Source of the DNA: Azolla caroliniana
Taxonomy: Eukaryota; Plantae; Polypodiophyta
Reading direction: 5' to 3'
Assembly (NCBI GenBank): GCA_043228905.1
Contig: JBHGNT010000985.1
Span: forward strand, 1 to 13,180
DNA length: 13,180 bases
The position numbers were made by a program, and so were the translations under genes. Shown one piece after another: positions 1 to 8,961 of the stretch (positions within the stretch are counted from its first letter, which is position 1; the number at the start of each line of letters is the position of its first letter). The notes under the pieces are model-generated. The model was not told the origin of the DNA, searched no databases, and worked only from the letters and a program-made list of their open reading frames with translations.

Positions 1-180
1 GTTGATTTCCGTTCTGTACCTACTGTTATATCTTACGCGTGTAATTAACAAAAGCGATCTAATCGTGTAACCTACTTAAGTCGGTGTAATCGTTGAATCT
101 TAATCCTATGCCGTAACCACCCTTTGGTGAAGTGTCTCCGTGACACCTTGTGTTAGGCCTTGTCCGGTCAGAGCATAACA
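1..180 (+). repeat. Family-A LTR, 3' part (LTR-A1), truncated by the window start
   Basis: Ends ...GAGCATAACA at 180. It is the reverse complement of 1195-1374 with 1 mismatch in 180 by manual comparison, and is collinear with the end of the LTR at 8962-9380. It is followed by CGCCA, not by a PBS, so it is a 3' or solo LTR. Confidence 0.95.
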
Positions 181-1194
181 CGCCACCGCAATCCGACCTC
201 GACACAAAAATGGACCCGCAAACACTGTCAGAAGCCCCCAAGACATGGCTAAAGCAACACGAGCTCGAGGGCTTCTTGATGATGATGGAAGTACCGCCAC
301 ACAAAGAAGTCGACAAAGTGTCAAAGAAATCAACACAGAGGTCATAACGGCAGAGGCGATTCGAGCGTTAACAGGCCTTCCGGAGGGAGGCATACTCACG
401 ATTGACAATCCAACCCCGGAGCAACTCATCAGGTATTTTGGTGAGTACTCTCTAGCCAGCAACGAGATCGCTCGTGTGTTCCACGAATACAGCCACGTGT
501 ACCCTAGACCCCCTGTCATGCCGCAGAACCGGGCAGGGATGATCATCGCCACCTATGGAGGGATCAAGATGGATTGGCCGGTATTAATCGCAGACGGGTT
601 GTGTGCGGCGATCGAGATCGTTAGAGGCAAAGACGGCAAAGAAGGCCGAGACGGACGGAGGATATGGCACGCCGTAACGTAGTGGCTCAAGAAGCGAGTC
701 ACCCGTCCAACCCGTCCAGCCCAAGAAGCGAGAAAGAGTGGCGGACGACACCCCAAAGATGGCTTCCAAACGACAACAGTTGTTGGCCTCTAAGGCCAGT
801 AAGGGAAAGGCGGCGGATGCAGAACAGGCGGCAGCCGGAAGCGGCCAACGGATGCGCAGGAGGAACCACTGGCACGACCTGTAAAGGTTACACTCCGCCG
901 ACCGGTGAATAGAGAAGCGGAACCCTCGGCGGCAAAACTCAATGCTGGGACTCAGGAAGAGGAAATAGAGGAGGATCCTACGGAGCACCTCCAGCGACGG
1001 ACGACGGCAAGGACCGTTGAGGCAGCCGGGAAACGTTCAGACCCTCAGACGGAGGGAACACCGGCTCCCCATACTGAGACTCCCACGCCAAGGAAGGAAC
1101 CGGAACCGGAACCGGTGCGCATGGCACCGGAATCAGAAGCCCCGGCACCACCGACAACACCGGCAAGTCCCATCCCGCCAGAGCCGGAAAGGTC
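181..1194 (+). pseudogene. Inverted middle fragment of the E1 extra (post-pol) ORF
   Basis: Translation LSEAPKTWLKQHELEGFL...ITAEAIRALTGLPEGG...YFGEYS...IATYGGIKMDW...EEPLARPVKVTLRR aligns with the E2 extra ORF (LSEEARQWMTENGLEGLL...ITEGAVQALTGIKAGG...YFGEYS...IATYEGLQVDW...EEPVALKPINITLRR). It has frameshifts near 325 and 850, a TAG at 680-682 and an in-frame deletion of about 13 codons relative to E2. Confidence 0.9.
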
Positions 1195-1613
1195 TGTTAT
1201 GCTCTGACCGGACAAGGCCTAACACAAGGTGTCACGGAGACACTTCACCAAAGGGTGGTTACGGCATAGGATTAAGATTTAACGATTACACCGACTTAAG
1301 TAGGTTACACGATTAGATCGCTTTTGTTAATTACACGCGTAAGATATAACAGTAGGTACAGAACGGAAATCAACACAGAAGTATAAACACCATATGCTCT
1401 ATTAATTATCCGCTGCGATTACAATGGGGTCCGGGCCTTTAAATAGGTTTCCGGCCCGTAGTACAAAACGGTGCCTATCGCACCTATTCGGGATCCGTCC
1501 GGATCTGGACCGGCATACCGTTTCCAGTCCGTCCGTCCACACTATGCTTATTTACAACCATACTTAATTAATTCCTTCACTCCGTATTTTGGACTCCTTG
1601 CCGGCCGGTAACA
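1195..1613 (-). repeat. Complete 419-bp family-A LTR (LTR-A2), solo or recombinant
   Basis: Minus strand reads TGTTACCGG...GAGCATAACA, with TGTTA/TAACA terminal inverted repeats. Same length as 8962-9380, with about 18 substitutions by manual count. The flanks AGGTC and TGGCG do not match each other. Confidence 0.95.
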
Positions 1614-1811
1614 TGGCGAGGTTGGATGGTGATGAGAGTGAGGTTGAGAGAGAGAGAGTTCAGAAGGCGGGGGTTCTCTGTGCGTAGGTTCTCGTCTGAT
1701 GATGTTGCAGCGTCTTGGTGCTTCTGTGCTCCTGGGTTCGCGAAAGTAAAGGGTCTCTACGCGCAGTGGTTTTTGTCTGTGCATTCTGGCGCCTTTTTCG
1801 AGTGTGTGCAT
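1614..1811 (-). pseudogene. N-terminal part of the E1 extra ORF, interrupted by LTR-A2
   Basis: EKGARMHRQKPL...LYFREPRSTEAPRRCNIIRREPTH resembles E2 EKGGSKQKPL...LTFYEFSYTQAQKHRRVIRRTAHTH. It joins in frame to the plus-strand sequence from 186 across a single CGCCA. The true start codon is uncertain. Confidence 0.7.
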
Positions 1812-1960
1812 GTCGTGTACTAAAATAGCATTATGTCCTGTGGTGGCGCTTTAAATGCCCACTACGTACCTTTTCGTTCCTCACTCTTTCATCCATTCAT
1901 TCCTCGCTTTTACATGATTGTTTTTTTTTTATTTTTTTAATAATTTAATTTAGTGTGACG

Positions 1961-3611
1961 TTACTTGTCCGTTGGTCCTGTCGGACCCTTACCGGCCTCA
2001 TTTTCCCCCGTTCCTGGCTCGCTGTCTCTACCGTCTTGGTGGTTGCCGTTTCCCTCATTGGTGTCGGTCCTTTGCTCAAATGGGTTCTTAGGCATCGGTC
2101 CTCTATATGGCTTCAATCGGAATCCGTTGACCCATTTGCCTAGCACTTCGCCGGCAAGTGTCCCTAACTGGTAGGACCCATTATACTCCCGTGTTAGCCA
2201 ATATGGTCCGGTCCATCTAAACCGTAGTTTACCCGGCATCTTGCCCATCTGGGTCTGAAATACTAACACCGGTTTGCCAATTGCGAACATTTTTTCGTTT
2301 CCTTTCCTGTGCCGGTCGACAAATGCTTTCCGTCGCCGTTTCTCCAATTCTAAGTGCAGGATGCTTGCGAGTCGTTGTTCCTCGAGTTCACACAGCGCTG
2401 TCAACCGTATTGCCTCCGACTCCTTCTCGTTCAGCCGTTCCCGTAGCTGGATCCGTAAGCTGGGTACTTGGAATTCCACCGGCATTACCGCCTCTAGTCC
2501 GAACGCTAACCGGAACGGTGTTGTTCGGATGCTCGTCTTGTATGCCGTCCGGTATGCCCAAAGCGTGCTATGTAGCTTGGTATCCCAATCTGTTCAGTTT
2601 TCGTTGACGATCTTCCTGAGGATATTCTAGAGCGTCTTGTTCGTTGATTCCGCTAACCCGTTCGCTTGCGGATAGTAAGGTGTGCTCCGTTTGTGGACAA
2701 CAGCATAGAATGTCGTCAGGCTTTCCACTACTTGGCCGAGAAAGTGCCCCCCTTGGTCACTTATTAATTCGATTGGGCATCCGTAACGGCACCAGATGTA
2801 CTCATATAGAAATTTCGTTGTTGACGCAGCAGTGTTGTCCCTTAATGCTTTGGCCTCCACCCATTTTGTGCAGTAATCCGTCGCGACGATGACGTACCGA
2901 TTACCCGTTCTCATTGCTGGTGGTTTAAACGGTCCAACAAAGTCCAACCCCCACTTCTAGAATGGCTCGAGTGGTAGTATCGGCTGGTGTGGCATACGAT
3001 CCTGCTCCATTGGCTGGCCCATTCTCTGGCATAGGTCACATTCTTTTGCGTACCGTACCGCATCTCTTAATGTCGTTGGCCACCATAGGCCACTTTGCCA
3101 TATTTTCCTGGCCGTCGCATCTCCGGCATAGTGACCACCGGCAACTCTGCAGTGGGCTTCCCTCAATATCAATTCCTTTTCATCGCTGCGCACCGCCGGT
3201 CTCCATATGCCGTCCGCGCCCTTGTGGTATAGTGTGTCCTGCAGTAAGCAGAAATGTCGGCTTTGCACTGCCAGGCGTTTCCGTTCGTCCCGGTTCATCT
3301 CCTCCGGAGGCAGTCCTGTGCTCAGAAACTGGTGCATATTTGTGAGTCATTTGTCTTCCTGTGCCACCGTCTCATCTGCTGCCATCTCCGTAGTGACTCG
3401 AAATAGCTCCGCATCCCGAAACTCATCCGGTACTCCGTCACCCGTCTCTCCGGACTCTAATCGGCTTAAGTAATCCGCTACGGCATGCTGTATACCGAGT
3501 CGGTGGAATATTTCAAACTCGAATTCCTGTAACAGTAATGTCCACCGGGCCAATTTGACGGTGAGTGACGCTTTGGACACCAGGTAAAGGAGTGTCGAAT
3601 GATCTACATGG
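1961..3611 (-). pseudogene. pol: E1 pol fragment: RNase H C-terminus plus integrase
   Basis: HVDHSTLLYLV...LARWTLLLQEF...HAVADYLSR (RNase H end); AH..AGGH...CDLC (HHCC); DFVGP / ISDQGGHF / AESTNK (DDE); RWTGPY (GPY/F). One reading frame with stops at 3347, 2957, 2627 and 2594. Confidence 0.95.
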
Positions 3612-4000
3612 TGTTGTCTGCCTGGCCGGACTAGCCTCAACACAGGTGTCTATCCGACACTTCTCCAAAGGGGTGGTAAGGATTGGATGCTAGGTTACAC
3701 GCATAAGATGATTACCCTAAGCACAGATGGTAAAACAATACAAAGATAAAGATAAACACGCAATAATTACTTTTGTATTACTTCCGTAAAGCCTTTACAA
3801 ATCATCGGATCCTTTTATAGGCATCCGACAAGGTTACAATCGGTGTGCTTAGGCAACCGGCATCCGAATCGGTCCGGATCCGGATCGGTACAACTGTACC
3901 GGATCCGTCCCTCCGAATAATAATTATACTATTATTTACTTCCTATTATCCGATCCGACTCCGTCTTCCCACTTGTCCTTGCTCTTCTGACCAGTCAACA
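3612..4000 (-). repeat. 389-bp family-B LTR, 3' LTR of E2
   Basis: TGTTG...CAACA termini. The U5 block at about 3612-3700 is homologous to family-A U5 in minus orientation, and there is a TATAAAA on the minus strand at 3813-3819. It begins 50 nt after the stop of the E2 extra ORF. Confidence 0.9.
3813..3819 (-). promoter_or_regulatory. Putative TATA box of LTR-B
   Basis: CCTATAAAAGG on the minus strand, at a position equivalent to CCTATTTAAAGG in LTR-A. Both are followed shortly by TTGTAA. Confidence 0.6.
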
Positions 4001-4002
4001 CA

Positions 4003-4042
4003 TGGCACGCCCGGGGGAAAGTGCCTTGCACTTCGAATCCAC
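4003..4042 (+). other. tRNA-Arg(UCU)-complementary PBS-like site on the antisense strand of E2, at the PPT position
   Basis: TGGCACGCCCGG-GGGA [AAGTGC CTT GCACTT hairpin] CGAATCCAC, compared with the recalled complement of the plant tRNA-Arg(UCU) 3' end, TGGCACGCCCGGTGGGACTCGAACCCAC. It lies 2 nt from the LTR end, and there is no purine tract on the sense strand. Confidence 0.7.
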
Positions 4043-4050
4043 TCCCGGCC

Positions 4051-7000
4051 TCATTCTTCCTCCAAAATATCGAGCACACTCTGCTCGAAGGTATCAAGTG
4101 GTGCTTCTTCCTCCAATTCCTGTTCCTTGCCTGCCTGGTCTCCGACCTCCGGTTGGGTTGGTTGTTCCGTAAAAATTTGTTGCTCCGGCTCTGCTTGATT
4201 CTGTGGTGCCGGTGCTTCCTCACCGCTCCGTCCGGGTTCTTCCTGTTCTCCCTCCGTTCCAGGATCTGTTCTGTTACCAGTGTCTCTTTCTCCGGTCTCG
4301 ACTGGTCGGCTCGGTGCGCCTTCTTCCTCTGCTTCGGTGTCTTCCGGTCTCAACTCTTCTTCTTCTCCGGCATCGGTCTGCTCCTGCTCTTCTTGATTTC
4401 CTTCGAACGGAAGTTCTTCTTCGGGTATTCCTTGTTGGGGTTGTTCGGTGTCGGTTGGTTCAACTTCAGCCAGTCGCTCTCCCTCACTTATAGTGATTGG
4501 CGTCGTTCTTCCCTTGGCTTCCTGTCGTAACTGGTCCTGCTCGTATTTCTCCAACTCCAACTGAGTTGCGAGCTGCCCGTCATCCAACCTCTCTACCAAC
4601 CCTCGGATTTCTTTGAGATGTTCTTCCGCTAAAGCGTAGAAATCCTCCGACAATTCTTCCCGAATGGCGACGATACTTTCTTCATCCATCTTGTAGAACT
4701 TGTCACCGGTCTTCCTCCGATTCTCGGCATCAGCTCAGAGTGTCTGCAGCTCGGCTGCCTGTTGTGACCACTCCTTCCATAGCTTTTCCGCACTTTCGTT
4801 GATGCTTGCCTGAGCTCGGGTACTCCAACCTGACATGATGAGCTTGATCCGGTCAACCCCCGCCTTAGCATGCGCATAAGCTTCTTGCTTTTCCTTCCTT
4901 GCCCGTTTTATAATGTCGGCCATTATCTGAGTCTAGGCCTCGTAATCCGCTTTCTGCTTTTCATAGGTACTTTGCAGTTTGTTGATCGTGAAGGTCGATC
5001 TTTCCTTTTTTTCATTCCTGATCTTGGTCAGATCCAGCTTTTCCCGCCTTAGCGTCTCTAATTCCTTCCTTCTCTTCGTCGCTTGGGTTATTTCCGCCGA
5101 CAATGCTTCCTTTTTGGCACTGACCTCGTCCATTGTCTTAGCCAGGTCTAATCGGGTCTCTTTGAGCTGTTCTTTCAGCTTCTCTATTTGCCGGTTGTAG
5201 TCTGCTGCTCGTTTCTTGTTGTCCGACTCGGCCTGCTTGTGATCTCGGTAGAGACGGTCGAAGTCCTCCGTCTTCTGCTTCAGGCGTCGGTTTGCCTGAG
5301 CTCTTAACCGATCGTCCCGGTCCTTCTGTTGTCGGAGTTCTTCCTGCAGTCGTTCTATCTCCTGCTCGGCATGTCGACGCAGTCGGTCCTTCTCTTTTTG
5401 CAGCTTCTCTTTTTCTTCTTGCAGTCGGTCATTAGTGGCTCGACCTTTCCGGAGGCCTTCTTCCATTTTCCGTCTGTCGTTCTCCACCGCTTTCCGTTGC
5501 TCCCTTTCTTTTTCCCTTAATGCCTCCTGAGCTTTTAACTCCTCTCGCAAGGTTTCTATTATTTTTTCGGTTTCAAGGCCGGTTTGCAAGGCTACCGGTT
5601 CCGGTTCTGGTTCCGGTTCTGGTTGCTTCCTTGTTATCCCGACCGGCTCGGTGACAACTTGTGCTTGTTGAATTCCTTCCCTTGCTTGCAACAGCTCCCC
5701 TTGCAATTCCTGGATCTGTGTTCGGAGCGCGACCAACTCCTGGGTTGTTGTATGCGTCCGATGTTGCCTACACGTTTCTTCTTCCTCTAACTGGTCCGCT
5801 ACTCCCGATAACTGCTCCGAAAGCCATCTCAGCCATTGTGGCTTTGTGCTTCCTGTGTCGGGGTAGCTTTGCTCACTTCTACTCCTTAACTCAGGTTGTT
5901 TTTCCGGCCTTTTCTCTGGCTCCGGCGCTTGTTCATTCCTCTTCTCTGGGATGACCGGTTCTCTGAAGTCCGGCAAAACCGGTGTCGGTGCTGCTTCCCT
6001 CGGTACGGGTTCCGGTACTGCTTCCGCCCCAGCTACTGGAGGTGGTCCTTGCGCCCTCTGCTGAGTTTTGTCAACTGGTGGAGCTGGTCCTCTCGCCCGT
6101 CTCTCCCGACCTTGTCTTGCTGGGGGTCTTACTAGTGGTTCAGATGAGTCTTCTACTTCAGCTTCCTCCTCCGGTGCGGCTACCAGACGGACCTTTGTAT
6201 AAAGACCTCTGGTTCCGGTTCCGACCGTCGCAGCGTTATATTGATTGGTTTGAGCGCTACCGGTTCCTCCTCGGCCGATTTTCCTTTGCCTTTTCCTGCC
6301 GGTTTTGCCTTTGTTGCCGGTTCCTATTGCTGTCGGGATGGTCCTTCCTCCCGCTGTTCTGCTTCTTCCTGGGTCCATCCGGGGGTGTGTTTCTCCAGGA
6401 TATGTCGGCGCTTTGTGACCTTTTTCGGCGTCATCTCCTGCCGACCTCTTTTCTTTTGTTTGATGGGAAGCACCGGTGGGACTAGCACCGTTAGCCATTG
6501 TGCTATCCCGGCCCATGGCTTTTTTCCTTCCACAAGGTTCTTGATGGCCTCCTTCAATCCTTCGGTTATGAAATGGAGCCAGTCCACTTGTAATCCTTCG
6601 TACGTTGCAATTAAGAACGCTGCCCGGTACCTGGCTATGGCCGGGGGACGAGAATTCACGAATCCGTATTCCATCATGGCATGGGCCACTTCTCCGAACA
6701 ACAGGTTCTCTCCGCCCTGTGTTCGGTACGCCTTGCTGCTGATGGAATACTCACCGAAATATTCGAATAGGATTCCACTTGAAGGGTTTTCGATCGTTTG
6801 AAGTCCTCCTGCTTTTATCCCCGTGAGCGCCTGCACCGCTCCTTCCGTGATTTCTGATAAATCAATCGATGCTGCCGCCTGCTCTGGTTCTGCGTGTGGT
6901 GGAGCGTTGGCGATCCACAACAATCCTTCTAACCCGTTCTCCGTCATCCATTGGCGTGCCTCCTCCGACAGTGCCATTGGTTCGAATTCTTCTTCTGCTG

Positions 7001-7259
7001 TCTGTTGTTCGGGATCGGGATGTGTGTGCGCTGTGCGTCGGATCACTCTTCTGTGCTTCTGCGCCTGTGTGTAGGAAAATTCGTAAAAAGTAAGTCCTTC
7101 GCAGGCCTGTGTCTTATATAGTGGCTTTTGCTTCGAGCCGCCCTTTTCCGTTTCCCGCGCATGTCTATCTCCCGCCATAATTAGTATGTCCTTTCTTGCT
7201 TGCCGCGTGTGAGTAATACCTCGTATGTCGGTGCCCACGTTCCATGCTTTAAATAGCAA
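4051..7259 (-). pseudogene. E2 extra ORF at the env-like position: plant-mobile-domain-like N-terminus, Pro/Glu linker, long coiled coil, acidic tail
   Basis: Track ORFs 6324-7259, 4933-6516, 4735-4923 and 4051-4689 join through stops at 6324, 4933 and 4735 and one frameshift near 6200. The start codon is uncertain and the domain name is an inference from motif resemblance. Confidence 0.8.
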
Positions 7260-7342
7260 GTACGCGCACGTCCTCCTTTACTGCATGGCGCCTCTTCATT
7301 GCATGGTGGCGCTCCCACTTCTTGTGATCTCCCCATCATTAC

Positions 7343-7347
<5 letters not shown>

Positions 7348-7374
<27 letters not shown>
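7348..7374 (-). repeat. A27 tract just after the pol stop
   Basis: T-run on the plus strand 20 nt from the pol stop at 7395. E1 has an equivalent tract at 1921-1938. Confidence 0.85.
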
Positions 7375-7394
7375 CTTTGTTTGTTTGGACCACA

Positions 7395-8961
7395 TCATTT
7401 TCTGGTCCCCCCCGATTTGTTCGGGTCGATTCGCACTGATACCGGATCCTTCTGTCGGTTTTCCGGGATAGTCTTTGTCAGTATCGGTGTCGGTTCTTCC
7501 TCGGTCTGGATATCTACAGCAGCGTCTGTCGGTGTCGGTTCTTCCTCGGTCCGGATATCTGCAGCAGCGTCTGTCGGTGTCGGTTCTTCCTCGGTCCAGA
7601 TATCTGTAGCAGCATCTGTCGGTGTCGGTTCCTCATCGTGCCGGATCTCCGGGTTTTGCTTGAACGGGTTGGCTGGCATATTTCCCTTATACGGCTTTAG
7701 CCGAAACCCATTTGCCCACTTACCGATGACTTCTCCAGACAACGTGCCGAGCTAATACGACCCATTGTACTCCTTGGTGATCCAGAACGGTCCGGTCCAC
7801 CGAAACCGCAACTTTCCCGGCATGTTCCCCATCCGTGTCTGGAACAATAGCACCGGTTTCCCGACTTCGAACTCCTTTTCGTTACCACGCCGGTGTCGGT
7901 CCACGAAAGCTTTTCTCCTCCTTTGCTCTAGTTCGAGTTGTAGTAAGCTGGCTATTCGGTTTTCTTCTAATTCCAACAACGTCGCCAGCCGGATTCGTTC
8001 GGACTCCTTCTCACTTAAGCGCTCCTTTACCTGGATCCGTAAGTTGGGGATCTGGAACTCTACCGGCATGACCGCTTCTAAACCGAATGCTAGTCGGAAC
8101 GGGGTTGTCCGGATGCTGGTTTTGTACGTTGTTCGATACGCCCATAGCGCGCTCTGCAATTTCGTATCCCAGTCGGTCCGGTTCTCGTTGACGATTTTTC
8201 GTAGGATGTTCTGCAGAGTTTTGTTCGTTGATTCCGCTAGTCCATTGGCTTGAGGGTAGTAGGGAGTACTCCTTTTATGTACCACTGCGTAAAATGACGT
8301 CAGGCTTTCTACTACCTGCCCGAGAAAGTGTCCTCCTTGGTCACTTATAAGCTCGATCGGGCATCCATACCTGCACCATATGCACTCGTATAGGAACTTT
8401 GCCGTGGACGCGGCCGTGTTGTCCTGTAAGGCCTTCGCTTCTACCCATTTGGTGCAATAGTTGGTCGCCACTATGACATACCGATTTCCGGTTAGCATTG
8501 CCGGTGGCTTGAAGGGACCGACAAAGTCCAAACCCCACTTTTGAAATGGTTCCAATGGCAAGACCGGGTGGTGTGGCATCCGGGCCTGCTCCGTGGGTTG
8601 GCCCAGTCGTTGACACAAATCGCATTTTCTGCTATACTTCACGGCATCTTTTAGGGTGGTGGGCCACCACAATCCTTTGTGCCATATTTTCCGAGCGGTT
8701 GCGTCGCCGGCATAATGCCCGCCGGCTATTCCACAGTGGGCTTCCCTGAGGATTAGATTCTTCTCATCGCTCCGCACTACTCGTCTCCAGATGCCATCTG
8801 CCCCCTTGTGATAGAGGGTGTCTCCAACCAAGCAGAAATGTCTGCTTGTTACTGCTACCCTTTTCCTTTCATCGCGGTCCATGTTCTCCGGGGGTACTCC
8901 GGTGCTCAGGAACTGATGCATCTCAATTAGCCACGTGTCTTCATCGGCTACCGTTGCATCC
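7395..8961 (-). pseudogene. pol: E2 pol fragment: RNase H-integrase linker plus integrase
   Basis: AHCGIAGGH...CDLC (HHCC), WGLDFVGP / ISDQGGHF / AESTNK (DDE), RWTGPF. One internal TAG at 7752 where E1 has Gln. No chromodomain. Confidence 0.95.
7484..7648 (-). repeat. 45-bp tandem repeat (3 full units plus a partial) in the integrase C-terminal tail
   Basis: Units start at 7484, 7529, 7574 and 7619 (TCGGTGTCGGTTC...) and encode EEEPTPTDAAxDIxT. Confidence 0.95.

Larger units (their letters stand above)
1614..3611 (-). mobile_element. E1: degenerate Ty3/gypsy LTR retrotransposon, internal region (pol 3' part, A-tract, start of extra ORF)
   Basis: RNase H then integrase (gypsy order), an A-tract at 1921-1938 and an extra-ORF N-terminus. 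The layout matches E2. Confidence 0.92.
3612..8961 (-). mobile_element. E2: 3' half of a Ty3/gypsy LTR retrotransposon inserted in E1 RNase H and itself interrupted by E3
   Basis: Integrase, A-tract, long extra ORF and LTR-B occur in order on the minus strand. The left flank is E1 RNase H coding sequence, and the right end is cut by the TG of LTR-A3. Confidence 0.9.

Noticed and set aside
1-1613. A terminal-inverted-repeat DNA transposon or DIRS-like element with inverted LTRs
   Set aside because: The arms are ordinary family-A LTRs (the same sequence is the 5' LTR of E3), the interior is a flipped piece of E1, and no transposase or tyrosine recombinase is present.
1614-1621. TGGCGAGG next to LTR-A2 as a PBS
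   Set aside because: Only 6 nt match the E3 PBS. It lies in coding sequence of the E1 extra ORF and is explained as the CGCCA target-site duplication.
3612-4000. Simple solo LTR with TSD CATGG
   Set aside because: Removing it does not restore RNase H, because the right flank is the E2 3' UTR. It is kept as a finding with the alternative stated.
3612-4020. LTR-B as the 5' LTR of a plus-strand element with a normal PBS
   Set aside because: U5 and TATA homology to LTR-A3 place it on the minus strand, all downstream ORFs are on the minus strand, and no plus-strand gag follows.
4003-4075. A full tRNA gene or tRNA-derived SINE
   Set aside because: Only T-arm and acceptor 3' sequence is present, interrupted by a hairpin. 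There is no D-arm, anticodon arm or A-box, and the upstream sequence is coding.
7484-7648. CRISPR-like array
   Set aside because: The units are contiguous in-frame 45-bp repeats with no unique spacers, and the context is eukaryotic.
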